64,000 bases of DNA from an uncultured delta proteobacterium (GCA_963771465.1 CAVYTU010000001.1:32001-96000); one strand, 5' to 3'; counted from the first letter of the stretch, positions 1 to 10,159 are shown. Program-made: numbers and translations. The notes: generated by a model from the sequence alone, not told the origin.

Positions 1-929
1 TCATCGGACTGTCCTTCGTTATTCCAGTTGGCGGCCCATTCGCTCAGCAAAAACCCAAGCTCAAACCGCTGCACATCGCGCTGGCGAATAACTCGGTCAG
101 CATGGCCGCGATCTACGTCGCCAAACATCTCGGTATTTTTGAAAGCTACGGCTACGATGCGCGTGTACTGGTTCTCGAGCCGCGTGCTGGCCTGGCGGCG
201 TTGTTGGCCGGCGAGTTGGATTTTTACACCGCGATCGGTTCGACGGCGCGGGCGGCGTTGCGCGGCGTGCCGGTGCGGGTCGGCTTGGTCGCACTCAATC
301 GATCCGACTTCATGCTGGTCGCCAGTAAAGAAATTCAAACTATCGAACAGATCAAGGGCAAACTGGTCGGCGGCTACACGCCGCAGGGGACGGTGAACGT
401 CATCTTGGCGGAACTGCTTCGGCGCAAGGGCTTACGTGCGGACGAGTACAAAATCATCAATTCAGGTACTGCTCGCGCGGCCGCGCTGATGAGCGGCAAC
501 GTGCCGGTTGCGCTGGTCAATAGTGTCGAGACCGTGAAGCTTGTGAAGCAGGGTTTTCACGTGCTAGCGCGGGCGGCGGATGATCTGGAAATGCCGCAGA
601 GCGGTCTCGGCATGTCGATCGGGTCGATCCAAGCGAAGCGCGAATTTCTCCGCCCCGGCGTGCAAGCCGTGCTCGACGCGATTCGCGTGATTGTGAATCA
701 GAAAGACAAGACTGCGGCGGTGCTGATGAAGCAATTGGCTTTATCACAAGACGAGGCCAATTTCGTCTACGACGCCATTCGTCCAGGTTGGGCCCTCGAC
801 GGCAGACCCACTGCCGGAGCACTAAAGCTTGACGCTGAACTGTCCCGACGTGATATGGGATTGAAAGAACTGCCGAGGCCGGAGCAGACCTACGATTTCT
901 CGATGTTGGATGAACTGGCCAATAGGTAA
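1..929 (+). CDS. NitT/TauT/SsuA-family ABC substrate-binding protein, 5' partial
   Basis: Frame is open from position 3 (IGLSFVIPVGGPFAQQKPKLKPLHIAL...). It has family-like motifs YVAKHLGIFESYG, LLAGELDF and IEQIKGKLVG. Confidence 0.85.
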   Translation, partial: IGLSFVIPVGGPFAQQKPKLKPLHIALANNSVSMAAIYVAKHLGIFESYGYDARVLVLEPRAGLAALLAGELDFYTAIGSTARAALRGVPVRVGLVALNRSDFMLVASKEIQTIEQIKGKLVGGYTPQGTVNVILAELLRRKGLRADEYKIINSGTARAAALMSGNVPVALVNSVETVKLVKQGFHVLARAADDLEMPQSGLGMSIGSIQAKREFLRPGVQAVLDAIRVIVNQKDKTAAVLMKQLALSQDEANFVYDAIRPGWALDGRPTAGALKLDAELSRRDMGLKELPRPEQTYDFSMLDELANR

Positions 930-966
930 ATCGCAGAATACTGATCGTAAAGAAGCGGAGGATTAC

Positions 967-1806
967 ATGCAGTCGGTTTCCAAGGGATATCCAGTCGCAT
1001 GGAGCATGCTATTCATTGTGGCATTTCTCTTAACCATGGCGTTTCCGGATGGGACGGCGTTAGGAAACGACCAGAATAGCCTAGCGCAGTGGCTTTCGGC
1101 GTCGCATCGTACGCCGGGCAATGTAGTGCGCGATGTTCATCGCCATCCGGTCGAGACACTGACGTTCTTTGGCGTCAACGATAACAGCACGGTCGTGGAA
1201 ATACTGCCGGGCAGCAGAGGATACTATCTGGAGCTCCTCGCGCCCTATCTAAAAGCGCGCGGCGTTTACATCGCGGCGAACCGCGACGAGTTAGCCGCGC
1301 CGCAGTATCTCGCCGACCATCAAAAATTCTTGGCGCGGCTCAAAGAAGACGAGGCGATTTTCGCCAAGGTACAAGTGACTAAATTCAACGCCGATCGCCA
1401 CGATATCGCCCGCGCGGGGAGCGCCGATTTCGTCCTGACGTTTCGCAACTTACACAATTGGATGGAGCGCCACGAGATCGACGGTGCGTTGCGTGCTTTC
1501 CACAAAGCGCTCAAGCCGGGCGGAGTGCTGGGCGTCGTCGATCATCGCGGCCGCACCGATATGTCACAGGAAGCGCAAATGAAGCTAGGTTACGTGCGTG
1601 AGGATGTCGCCATCAAGTTAATCGAAAAAGCCGGTTTCAAACTCGCGGCCACGTCAGAGGTCAATGCCAATCCTAAAGACACGAAGGATTATCCTCAAGG
1701 CGTGTGGACGTTGCCGCCGAGCTATCGCCTAGGCGACAAGGACCGCGCACGATACCAAGCCATTGGTGAGAGCGACCGTTTCACGCATAAGTTTGTAAAG
1801 CACTAG
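967..1806 (+). CDS. Predicted exported class I SAM-dependent methyltransferase (COG4798-like)
   Basis: Motifs RHPVETLTFFG, VVEILPG, DFVLTFRNLHNW, LKPGGVLGVVDHR, VWTLPP and IGESDRF. Hydrophobic N-terminus. GGAG lies upstream of ATG 967. Confidence 0.85.
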   Translation: MQSVSKGYPVAWSMLFIVAFLLTMAFPDGTALGNDQNSLAQWLSASHRTPGNVVRDVHRHPVETLTFFGVNDNSTVVEILPGSRGYYLELLAPYLKARGVYIAANRDELAAPQYLADHQKFLARLKEDEAIFAKVQVTKFNADRHDIARAGSADFVLTFRNLHNWMERHEIDGALRAFHKALKPGGVLGVVDHRGRTDMSQEAQMKLGYVREDVAIKLIEKAGFKLAATSEVNANPKDTKDYPQGVWTLPPSYRLGDKDRARYQAIGESDRFTHKFVKH

Positions 1807-1859
1807 CTCCGACCGTCTGTACTGCTCGCTGTTCTCCAGCAGCGCATGATTCCCCAGCG

Positions 1860-1889
1860 TTGACAGAATCGCATGGCTTCGGATAAGTT
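1860..1889 (+). promoter_or_regulatory. Candidate sigma70 promoter
   Basis: TTGACA-18 nt-TAAGTT upstream of the 1946 gene. Confidence 0.35.
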
Positions 1890-1945
1890 CGGGCGCAATT
1901 TGCCGGTTGGCGCCTCACTCACCACTATTATCGGAGGTATTGTGC

Positions 1946-2785
1946 ATGTTCTGCACCCAGTGCGGTAATCAAGTAGAAATAGGAAAAAACTTCTGCCGAA
2001 AGTGTGGCGCTAAAGTCGCTAACCCCGCCCAACACGCGCCCGATAACTCTTCCTCAGACTTGGAGAGCTATTCTTCTAAAACCGTTATTCAAACTCCCAC
2101 GCACGTCACCCCGGCGCCGAACCGAATCAGAGACGTTGAAACGGTGGCTACACAAACACGACACGGCGGCGCAGGAGTCGGTAAACCGGCAATGATTATC
2201 GCTGGCGTTGTAGCTATCATCGCACTGGGCGCGGGTGTTTACTTCGGTACGGATTTGTTGCGCCAAGCGCCGCAACAACCGCCTGCCATCGATGCGCCGA
2301 TACCACCGCCTGCGCTGCCTGAGGCGCCGCCAGCGGAAACCGCACAGGCTCCAAGCGAGAGTAAAGAAAGCGACCTGTGGGAGCCAATACAACCGCCGCC
2401 CGCCGGACCGCAGCCTCCGATTCATGCCGAACCCCGTGCGCCAGCGCCACTCGCACCTGCAAATCCGGTTGCTCCAAACGAAGCGCCCGCGCCGCTTCCT
2501 GGCGCACCGCGTGACCGTGGCGAACAGCCGCAGCCGACCCGGCCGGCGCCACCAGCTCAAGTTCGACTCACACCGTCTGTCGGCACTTTTGAAACGATTC
2601 GATCGACGACCGTGTTTGCCCAACCGTCGACTTCATCGAAGATTGTCTCGAACATCGATCGCGGCATTCGCGTAAATGTTGTCGCATCGAATGCCCAATG
2701 GCTGGAGCTGCGGTCGCGTTTTGGCAATCCGCCGGGATATATCCGGCGCGAACATACCCGACCCCTTGGCCGAGCTGATCAATGA
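1946..2785 (+). CDS. Zinc-ribbon / single TM / Pro-rich linker / SH3-like domain membrane protein
   Basis: N-terminal MFCTQCG...FCRKCG, TM segment IIAGVVAIIALGAGVYF, Pro/Ala-rich linker, C-terminal SH3b-like segment (VFAQPS...WLELRS...GYI). GGAGG RBS. Confidence 0.8.
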   Translation: MFCTQCGNQVEIGKNFCRKCGAKVANPAQHAPDNSSSDLESYSSKTVIQTPTHVTPAPNRIRDVETVATQTRHGGAGVGKPAMIIAGVVAIIALGAGVYFGTDLLRQAPQQPPAIDAPIPPPALPEAPPAETAQAPSESKESDLWEPIQPPPAGPQPPIHAEPRAPAPLAPANPVAPNEAPAPLPGAPRDRGEQPQPTRPAPPAQVRLTPSVGTFETIRSTTVFAQPSTSSKIVSNIDRGIRVNVVASNAQWLELRSRFGNPPGYIRREHTRPLGRADQ

Positions 2786-2938
2786 GTGAGAATTTCACGG
2801 CGCGAGAAATCAAAAATACCCCAAACCGTATCAGCTGAAAATATCGAAACAGCCATGCTCACGTTGATGGTTACGAGTCACCATTGAACTCATTATCGTT
2901 CAGTCAACATTGCTACCGATGAAAAGGAGAAATCAATA

Positions 2939-4072
2939 ATGGCCGTTGCCGCTCATTTGAAATCCATGGATCTGCTCATGTTCGCACGCGCTTCGGAAGG
3001 ATTGACTCACGTCCGCGGCATGGTCGTCAGTTTTCTCGCTTTCGTTATCGGCGGAGCATTTATTGTTTTGGGACTCTACGTCGCGACGTCGACAACCAAC
3101 GTCATGGGGCGAATATTTTTGCTCTTTTGCTGGTTGATGTATGCGCTCATCGCCGGCACCGGTGTTTCGGCCACCGGCATTATGTTGCTCGATAAAGCGC
3201 GCGAATCCCAGCCCCGCTCTTCAAGCGATGCGCTGATTTTCGGTTTGATCTGTCTGCTCAAGCTGTGGCTCATCGGCTTGGGCATGTTTATTGCCGGCCT
3301 ACTCGTCATGCTGGTGCCCGCTGTGGTTTATTTTATTTGCAAAATTCCCGGGGTCGGGCCGCTGCTGCTTTTTTTCGCTCATCCGGTTCTCGTCCTCTGC
3401 GCCGGCGCGTTGATCTTTTTTACTTCCATCTTCATGACCTTAATCGTGCCCGCCTTGTGGGACGGGGATACGATCGCGCAAGCGGCCGCGAAGACCATTG
3501 CGATTTTAAAAGAACGCGCCGTGGCGACGGTGCTCTATTTGCTCGTGATGGGAGTCGTGACGGCGATAATTTTGGGTATCATGGCTGCGGTGATTCTGCC
3601 GGGTTTCGTTTCCATGACCGGCTTGGCTACAAGCATCATCGGCGCCAAGCTCGCCGGTGGTGTGTCGATGTTGAGCAACCTTCCCTATGCAATGATGTAT
3701 CTCACCAGCGGCGAGAGCGGCCACATGGTGGCGCTGGCATTGGCAACTGCCATGTTATTCATGCTCGGCGTCGCGGCGGCGCTCCAGGTACAACTCATGG
3801 GCATTAATCTGGTTTATCTCGGAGCTTCCGAAGGCGTCGACACCAGTGGCGCGGCAAACATGCTCAAGCGCCAATTCGATCAGGCGAAAGCAAAAGCCGA
3901 TGAGGCTAAGCAGCGCGCTACCGCGGCAGCGGAACGAGCGCGGCAAGCCGCGCAGCAAGCGCGCGCTACCCAGTTGCCCACGCAAGCTGAAGCTAATAAT
4001 TGTCCCAAGTGCAATGCAGCTTATTCGGTCGATGATGTGTTCTGCGAGAACTGTGGGCAAAAATTGAAATAA
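2939..4072 (+). CDS. Multi-pass membrane protein with coiled coil and C-terminal zinc ribbon
   Basis: Several hydrophobic helices, an Ala/Gln/Lys-rich helix, then CPKCNA...FCENCG. AGGAG RBS. Confidence 0.8.
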   Translation: MAVAAHLKSMDLLMFARASEGLTHVRGMVVSFLAFVIGGAFIVLGLYVATSTTNVMGRIFLLFCWLMYALIAGTGVSATGIMLLDKARESQPRSSSDALIFGLICLLKLWLIGLGMFIAGLLVMLVPAVVYFICKIPGVGPLLLFFAHPVLVLCAGALIFFTSIFMTLIVPALWDGDTIAQAAAKTIAILKERAVATVLYLLVMGVVTAIILGIMAAVILPGFVSMTGLATSIIGAKLAGGVSMLSNLPYAMMYLTSGESGHMVALALATAMLFMLGVAAALQVQLMGINLVYLGASEGVDTSGAANMLKRQFDQAKAKADEAKQRATAAAERARQAAQQARATQLPTQAEANNCPKCNAAYSVDDVFCENCGQKLK

Positions 4073-4112
4073 TTCGTTGCACGACCACCAAGCGATTTTT
4101 TCAGCGTCTGCA

Positions 4113-4550
4113 TCAAGCCTCGGGTTTGAATTTCGGCAGCCAGACTTTCTCCGAAGCTTTCTCGAACTGGACCGTGACTTTCATGCCAAGCTTCACGTCT
4201 TCTACCGGGCAACCGATGATATTGGTTATCAAGCGCGGGCCCTCTGCCAAGTCGACCCAGGCGATGACGTAAGGAATATCCGGTTCGAAGGATTTAGAAG
4301 CGGCACGGCCGACGACTTGCCGTATGACCGTGAACGAATAGACCTCGCCTTTGCCACTCATCGGCGTCCACTCGACTTTTTCGCTGCCGCACTCGTTGCA
4401 CGACGGTCGCGGCGTCCAGACCCAGGCGTTGCAGTCATGGCAACGTTGAATGATCAGTTTCTGTTGCGCCGCGGCGTCCCAGAAGGGTTTTGCTTCGGTA
4501 GTGATCGCGGGAAGGGGTTTGCTGACATCGAGTTCTGCCATGATTGTCAC
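4113..4550 (-). CDS. DUF35 Zn-ribbon/OB-fold protein (ChsH2-like)
   Basis: Motifs PFWDAA, QRCHDC...RPSCNECG, SGKGEVYSFTV and LAEGPRLITNI. Overlaps the thiolase stop by 4 bp. Confidence 0.9.
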   Translation of the reverse strand: MTIMAELDVSKPLPAITTEAKPFWDAAAQQKLIIQRCHDCNAWVWTPRPSCNECGSEKVEWTPMSGKGEVYSFTVIRQVVGRAASKSFEPDIPYVIAWVDLAEGPRLITNIIGCPVEDVKLGMKVTVQFEKASEKVWLPKFKPEA

Positions 4551-5740
4551 ATTTCATTTCCTAGAATAGCCACTGCGCAGCAGCCGAGATTTTTGCCGTA
4601 GGGCAGTACGCCCAAGCCCGAGATCAAGCCAATCTTGGCATTTGGCACTTGCCGGTCGCCGCCTTCGCCGCGCAGTTGGCGCACACCTTCGAGAATATGA
4701 TGCACTCCGCCCGCGGTCGACGGTTGGCCGCAGTTAATGATCCCGCCGCCGGTTTGAATCGGCAGTTGGCCCTTAAATGTAAAATCGGTGCTCTCGAAAA
4801 ACTTGAGATCGCCTTTGTCGCAAAAACCGAGATCTTCGATCTGCAGATAGACGACGATGATGTAGTCGTCGTAGAGTTCGAGAAAATTAATGTCCTTGTG
4901 CTTTACACCGGCCATCGCCATGGCGACGCGCCCGGCGTCTTTGACGCCCATGGTCAGCGCATCGGAACCGGCTCGCGGGCCGTAGGATGGATTGCTGCGC
5001 TCGCCGAAGCCTTTCACCCAAATCGGCTTCTTACGCAGCGTTTTGGCGCGTTCGGGCGAAGCCAAGATGTATGCCTTGCCGCCGTTGGCCGGCATGACGC
5101 AATCGAGCAAGCGCACCGGATCGGCGACTAGACGAGAATTTTTATAATCGTCGACGGTGATCGGTTTACGCAGATAGCCGAGCGGATTCAAGCTCGCGTG
5201 ATAGCGGCCGGCCACGGCGATCTTGCCGAGATGATCGAGGGTGGTGCCGTATTCATGCATGTGGCGGCGCATGACCATGGCGATCTTGCTGTTGGGTCCC
5301 ATTGTTCCGTAGGGAATTTCCCAGTCGCGCATGTCGCCGGGCTGAATGCCGCCGCCCCAGTGCTCGGAAAACGGCGCGGCGGCGCCGATGACGAGGGCGA
5401 GATCGATGAAACCGGCGTTGATCGCCGCGGACATTCCGCCGATTAGAGAGACCGCGCCGGCGCCGCCAGTAGCGCCACCGAGCAAGAAGCCCGGCGTGAT
5501 GCCAAGAATCTCGGAGACTTCTTCCGGCCAGAACGGTTGCGGATACGCGGTGGGAATCGTCACACCCAAACCCTGACCTTGAAAGTCCTTGAGGCTCAAG
5601 CCGGCGTCTTCCAACGCCAGATGCATCGCCCAGGAAAGATATTCAGCGCTCGATTTGCGCGGCTCGCCGGGCTTGGAGCCGAGGCGATCGGTCGGCGTAT
5701 CGCCGATACCAACGATTGCTGCTTTGTTTGTTATGCTCAT
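4547..5740 (-). CDS. Thiolase-fold protein of the SCP2/Ltp2 type
   Basis: Motifs AAIVGIG, PVRLLDC, ELYDDY and GGIINCG...EGVRQLRGE...RQVPNA. Paired with a DUF35 gene. Confidence 0.88.
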   Translation of the reverse strand: MSITNKAAIVGIGDTPTDRLGSKPGEPRKSSAEYLSWAMHLALEDAGLSLKDFQGQGLGVTIPTAYPQPFWPEEVSEILGITPGFLLGGATGGAGAVSLIGGMSAAINAGFIDLALVIGAAAPFSEHWGGGIQPGDMRDWEIPYGTMGPNSKIAMVMRRHMHEYGTTLDHLGKIAVAGRYHASLNPLGYLRKPITVDDYKNSRLVADPVRLLDCVMPANGGKAYILASPERAKTLRKKPIWVKGFGERSNPSYGPRAGSDALTMGVKDAGRVAMAMAGVKHKDINFLELYDDYIIVVYLQIEDLGFCDKGDLKFFESTDFTFKGQLPIQTGGGIINCGQPSTAGGVHHILEGVRQLRGEGGDRQVPNAKIGLISGLGVLPYGKNLGCCAVAILGNEM

Positions 5741-5811
5741 GATCAATCCAATTGTTTTCAGCCGGACCATAGGACAGCGCTGTTCTCATTTCAAGGATAA
5801 ACTTGCTCGGC

Positions 5812-5840
5812 TTGACAGCCGTGTGACGTGCCGGTACCAC
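5812..5840 (+). promoter_or_regulatory. Candidate sigma70 promoter
   Basis: TTGACA-17 nt-TACCAC upstream of the 5872 gene. Confidence 0.4.
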
Positions 5841-5871
5841 TGCTTGAAAGACTCGGACGGATTGGACGAAT

Positions 5872-6876
5872 ATGACCAATGAATCGCAAAAACTCTTGCT
5901 CGGTTTCGCCATCCTAGTTCTCTCGCTGCTGCCAATACCTCGTCCAGTGCAGGCGCAGAAATTTGTTCACGCCTACTCGTCGATCAGCGCGCTCAACGCA
6001 ACCTTCTGGATTATCCAAGACGCCGGCATCGCCAAACAAGAAGGCCTCGATACTGAGTTGGTGTATATTCCAAGCTCATCGACCGTGGCGCAGGCGACGC
6101 TCGCTGGCGAGGTCGTGATCTCCCCGGCCAACGGTCAGGTGATCGCGGATGTCGGACTTCAAGGCGGCGATTTGATCGCCATGGGCGGCATCACCAACGT
6201 CGTTGCATTCTACATCATGGCCACGCCGGAGATTAAAACCATTGCCGATTTGAAAGGAAAAACCGTTGGCGTCACTCGTTTCGGCTCATCCGGCGACGTC
6301 GGTATGCGAATGTTTTTAACCAAATACGGCCTGGAGCCGGTCAAAGATGTGCCGATGATTCAGCTCGGCGGGCTGCCGGAAATCGCCGCGGCGATGGGCA
6401 AGCGCACCGTGCATGCCTCGGCATTTTCCCAACCCATGGCCTACGTCGCCCAACAGGGCGGCGCGCATTCGCTGGCGAATCTGGCGAAAGAAAACATACC
6501 GTTTCTCCACGTCGGCGTGACCACGACGCGTAAATTCATGCGCGAACGGCGCGCCCAGGCCAAGGCCTATCTGCGCGCCTACGGCCGCGCGGTGCACTTC
6601 ATGCACACCAGAAAGGAAGAAACCAAAGCGATTGTTACCAAATACACCAAAATCAAAGATCAAGGCATGCTCGACGGCACTCTGACTTATGGTTACGACT
6701 TCATCGAAAAAGTGCCGCTGGTAAAACCCGCCGGCTTTCAAGTTACGCTGGACGACATCGCCAAGAAAAATCCAAAAGCTAAGACGGCCAAGCCGGAGCA
6801 ATTCTACGACAACAGTTTGGTGCAGGAGCTGATCGACGAAGGTTTCTTCGTGAAACTGTGGGGGAGAATACCGTGA
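5872..6876 (+). CDS. NitT/TauT-family ABC substrate-binding protein
   Basis: Signal peptide plus motifs QEGLDTELVYI and IADLKGKTVGVTRFGS. Confidence 0.9.
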   Translation: MTNESQKLLLGFAILVLSLLPIPRPVQAQKFVHAYSSISALNATFWIIQDAGIAKQEGLDTELVYIPSSSTVAQATLAGEVVISPANGQVIADVGLQGGDLIAMGGITNVVAFYIMATPEIKTIADLKGKTVGVTRFGSSGDVGMRMFLTKYGLEPVKDVPMIQLGGLPEIAAAMGKRTVHASAFSQPMAYVAQQGGAHSLANLAKENIPFLHVGVTTTRKFMRERRAQAKAYLRAYGRAVHFMHTRKEETKAIVTKYTKIKDQGMLDGTLTYGYDFIEKVPLVKPAGFQVTLDDIAKKNPKAKTAKPEQFYDNSLVQELIDEGFFVKLWGRIP

Positions 6877-7889
6877 GCCAAATTCGTAAACGTGCTCGTG
6901 GTTCGATCGGCTGGTGCGCCGCTGCACTATTAGTACTCGTAGTGAATCACTCGCAGGCCCATGCCCAGAAGCTGGTCATCGCCTGGACTTCCGTCAGCGC
7001 CTTCAACTCGCCGTTTTGGATCATGCCGGAGGTGGGATTTTACAAGCAGGAAGGTTTGGATGTCGACACGATCTTCATCCTCAGCTCGCCCACGGCCGCG
7101 AAGGCGACGTTGGCCGGCGATATCGCCATCAGCGCGCAGAATAGCCAGGTGGTCGCCGATTCCGGTCTTGCCGGCGGCGATTTGGTCGCCATCGGCGCGG
7201 CGGTCAACATGGTACCTTTTTATCTGATGTCCACGCCCGAGATCAGGACGATCGCTGATCTCAAAGGCAAATCGGTTGGCATCTCGCGATTCGGCGCAGC
7301 GAGCGATTTCGGCACCCGGATGTTCCTTGCCAAACATGGCTTGGAAGCCAACAAAGATGTCGCCTTCGTGCAGATCGGCGGCCAGCCCGAGATCGCCGCG
7401 GCGCTGGCAAAAAAACTGATCGCCGCCGCAGCCATGTCTCAGCCGATGGCCGCCGTCGCTGAACAGCAAGGCGCGCGGCTGCTCGCTAACATGGTCAAAG
7501 ACGAAATTCCCTTTGTCCACTTGGCCATCACCACGACCCGGCGCTTCATCAAGGACAAACGGCCGCAAGCCAAAGCGTTCATGCGCGCCTACGCGCGAGC
7601 AATGCACTTCCTCTACACGCGCAAGGAAGAAAGCCTGATAATATTTCAAAAATATACCAAGGTGAAAGATGCCAAGATTTTAGAAAGCACACTCAAGTAC
7701 GGCTATGAGTTCATGGAGAAAGTACCGCTGGTCAAAGCGGCCGGGTTCCAAGTGACATTGGACGAAATCGGCCGCAGCAATCCCAAGGCGAAACAAGCCA
7801 AGGCGCAGCAGTTTTTCGACAACAGCCTGATTCAAGAACTCCTCGACGAGGGTTTTTTCACCAAGCTTTGGGGCAAGAGTCCGCTCTAG
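6873..7889 (+). CDS. NitT/TauT-family ABC substrate-binding protein, tandem paralog of 5872
   Basis: GTGA overlap with the upstream gene. Shares long blocks with it (IADLKGK, EKVPLVKxAGFQVTLD, DNSLxQELxDEGFFxKLWG). Confidence 0.9.
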   Translation: MSQIRKRARGSIGWCAAALLVLVVNHSQAHAQKLVIAWTSVSAFNSPFWIMPEVGFYKQEGLDVDTIFILSSPTAAKATLAGDIAISAQNSQVVADSGLAGGDLVAIGAAVNMVPFYLMSTPEIRTIADLKGKSVGISRFGAASDFGTRMFLAKHGLEANKDVAFVQIGGQPEIAAALAKKLIAAAAMSQPMAAVAEQQGARLLANMVKDEIPFVHLAITTTRRFIKDKRPQAKAFMRAYARAMHFLYTRKEESLIIFQKYTKVKDAKILESTLKYGYEFMEKVPLVKAAGFQVTLDEIGRSNPKAKQAKAQQFFDNSLIQELLDEGFFTKLWGKSPL

Positions 7890-7970
7890 ACTTTTCCACT
7901 GCCGCCAGCCGCGGGATTCGCTCCGCGATCAACATTCTGCTAAAATTTCGCTGGTTGCTTAACTATTTCA

Positions 7971-9884
7971 ATGCCCCTTTTGCGTCTGGAAAACATCTCC
8001 CATGCCTACGGCCATGTGCCGTTGCTCACTGATGTCGACTTTCAAGTCGATGCCGGCGAGCGCGTCTGTTTGATCGGCCGCAACGGCACCGGCAAGACGA
8101 CATTGTTTCGCGTGATTACCGGCAGTCTGACGCCGGACGAGGGCGAAGTTTGGCGCGTGGAAACCATGCGCGTCGCACATCTCGAGCAGGAAGTGCCACC
8201 GGATACCGAGCAAACGATCTTCGAAGTCGTCGCCGAAGGCCTTGGCGAGTTGGGCGCGCTGCTCGCTCAGTATCACAACCTGACGCATCATCCCGAATTG
8301 GCCAATCGCGACTCCTTACGCGCGTTGGCACAGCTCCAGACGCGCATCGAGACGCTCGATGGCTGGAACATCAATCAGAAAGTCGAAACCGTGCTTACGC
8401 GCTTGAATCTCCCCGAAGACAAGCTTCTCGCCGATTGCTCCGGCGGTACCCGGCGCCAAGTCATGCTGGCGCGGGCACTGGTCAGCGAGCCGGATTTGCT
8501 GTTGCTCGACGAACCGACCAACCATCTCGATATCAACGCCATCACCTGGCTGGAAAAGTATTTGCTCAATTACAACGGCGCGGTCATGTTCATCACCCAT
8601 GACCGCACCTTCGTGCGCCGACTGGCGACGCGCATCGTCGAACTCGACCGCGGCAAGCTAACTTCCTTTCCCGGCGACTTCGATGGCTATCTGCAAAAGA
8701 AAGACGAGCTTTTGGAAATCGAAGAGCGCGCCGCCGCCAAGTTCGATAAGAAGCTCGCTGAGGAAGAAGTCTGGATTCGCCGCGGCGTCAGAGCGCGACG
8801 CACACGCAATGAAGGTCGGGTGCGCGTGCTGCAAGCGCTGCGCAAGGAAAAAGCCGAACGCCTCGACGCCCAGAGCAAAGCGCGATTCAGCATCGATGCC
8901 GGCGCCGCTTCCGGCAAGTTGGTCGTCGACGTGCGCCGAGTGAGTTTTCGCTATGGTGAGAATACGATCATTCGCGATCTTTCGACCCGTATTCTGCGCG
9001 GCGATCGGGTCGGCATCATCGGCCCCAACGGCTCCGGTAAAAGCACGTTGCTAAAGCTTATTCTCGGCGAGCTCGAGCCGACGACTGGAGAAGTGGTTCT
9101 CGGCACGCGACTACAATTGGCTTACTTCGATCAGCACCGGCGCATGCTCGATGCGGACAAAACCGTGCGGGAAAATCTCAGCGACTCGGATTACGTCACT
9201 GTCCGAGGCCGTTCGCGCCATGTGATCGGCTATTTAAAAGACTTTCTCTTTCCACCCCAGCGTATCGATTCGCCGGTACAAGCACTCTCCGGCGGAGAAC
9301 GGAATCGGCTGTTGCTGGCAAAGATCTTTACGCAATCGGCGAATATGATGGTGCTCGATGAACCGACCAATGATTTGGACGTCGACACGCTGGAGCTGCT
9401 GGAAGAACTGCTGTCCGAATACGAGGGAACGCTGCTGATCGTCAGCCACGACCGAACCTTTCTCGACAACGTCGTCACCAGTACTTTGGTGTTCGAAGGC
9501 GACGGAACGTTTAACGAATACGCCGGCGGCTACGACGACTGGGAACGTTACCAGCGGCAAATTCCCGAAGCCACCACGACGACCAAGCCGCCCGTAACGG
9601 CGCGACCCGTGGCGAGTCCAATGGAAGCAAGGCTGAGCGACAAGCCGCGCAAACTAAGCTACAAGGAACAGCGCGAGCTGGAAGCATTGCCGGGCAAGAT
9701 CGAGGCGCTGGAAAGCGAGCAGGCTGAGCTTCACAGCCGCTTGGGCCAGCCCGATTTCTATCGGCAAGCCGGCGCTAAGATCACGGCAACCATGGAGCGA
9801 ATCGAAGCGGTGAAGAGTGACCTCGAAGCGTGCTATGAACGCTGGCAGACGCTGGAGTCGATCGCTCCAACTGCGGATCGATAG
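7971..9884 (+). CDS. uup: ABC-F family ATPase Uup
   Basis: Two ABC domains (GRNGTGKT, GPNGSGKS, LSGGERNRL, LDEPTN twice), EEVWIRRGVRARRTRNEGRVR linker, and C-terminal KLSYKEQRELEALP coiled coil. Confidence 0.92.
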   Translation: MPLLRLENISHAYGHVPLLTDVDFQVDAGERVCLIGRNGTGKTTLFRVITGSLTPDEGEVWRVETMRVAHLEQEVPPDTEQTIFEVVAEGLGELGALLAQYHNLTHHPELANRDSLRALAQLQTRIETLDGWNINQKVETVLTRLNLPEDKLLADCSGGTRRQVMLARALVSEPDLLLLDEPTNHLDINAITWLEKYLLNYNGAVMFITHDRTFVRRLATRIVELDRGKLTSFPGDFDGYLQKKDELLEIEERAAAKFDKKLAEEEVWIRRGVRARRTRNEGRVRVLQALRKEKAERLDAQSKARFSIDAGAASGKLVVDVRRVSFRYGENTIIRDLSTRILRGDRVGIIGPNGSGKSTLLKLILGELEPTTGEVVLGTRLQLAYFDQHRRMLDADKTVRENLSDSDYVTVRGRSRHVIGYLKDFLFPPQRIDSPVQALSGGERNRLLLAKIFTQSANMMVLDEPTNDLDVDTLELLEELLSEYEGTLLIVSHDRTFLDNVVTSTLVFEGDGTFNEYAGGYDDWERYQRQIPEATTTTKPPVTARPVASPMEARLSDKPRKLSYKEQRELEALPGKIEALESEQAELHSRLGQPDFYRQAGAKITATMERIEAVKSDLEACYERWQTLESIAPTADR

Positions 9885-9897
9885 TCACGCCCAAGCA

Positions 9898-10131
9898 ATG
9901 ACATCTTGCAAACATTCAACTCTCGAACTCATCCCAGAGCGCAAGAGCACGGTTCGATGCAAGCATTGTCATCTCACCATGTCCGCCGAGGACTTGGGCG
10001 ATAGTTATTGTCCCGAATGTTTCGATAGGCTCGGCGCAAAGCACTACGAGTTTGAATCCGTATCGGCTGCCGACGGCAAGGTGGTACGTTATCGCTGCGA
10101 GGAATGCGGCGCGATCATTGCGACGAGCTAA
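9898..10131 (+). CDS. Small Cys-rich putative zinc-binding protein
   Basis: 77 aa containing CKH, CKHC, CPEC and CEEC. Confidence 0.65.
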   Translation: MTSCKHSTLELIPERKSTVRCKHCHLTMSAEDLGDSYCPECFDRLGAKHYEFESVSAADGKVVRYRCEECGAIIATS

Positions 10132-10159
10132 TCAATCCCGTGATGAAAGGACGAAACCG

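Noticed and set aside
2270-2560. Repetitive CCG/GCG-rich tract
   Set aside because: It is explained by a Pro/Ala-rich protein linker.
4077-4601. Long antisense ORFs (also 6316-6927, 6930-7649, 17897-18568, 51034-51696 and many others)
   Set aside because: They are shadows of well-supported genes in high-GC DNA and have no family motifs.
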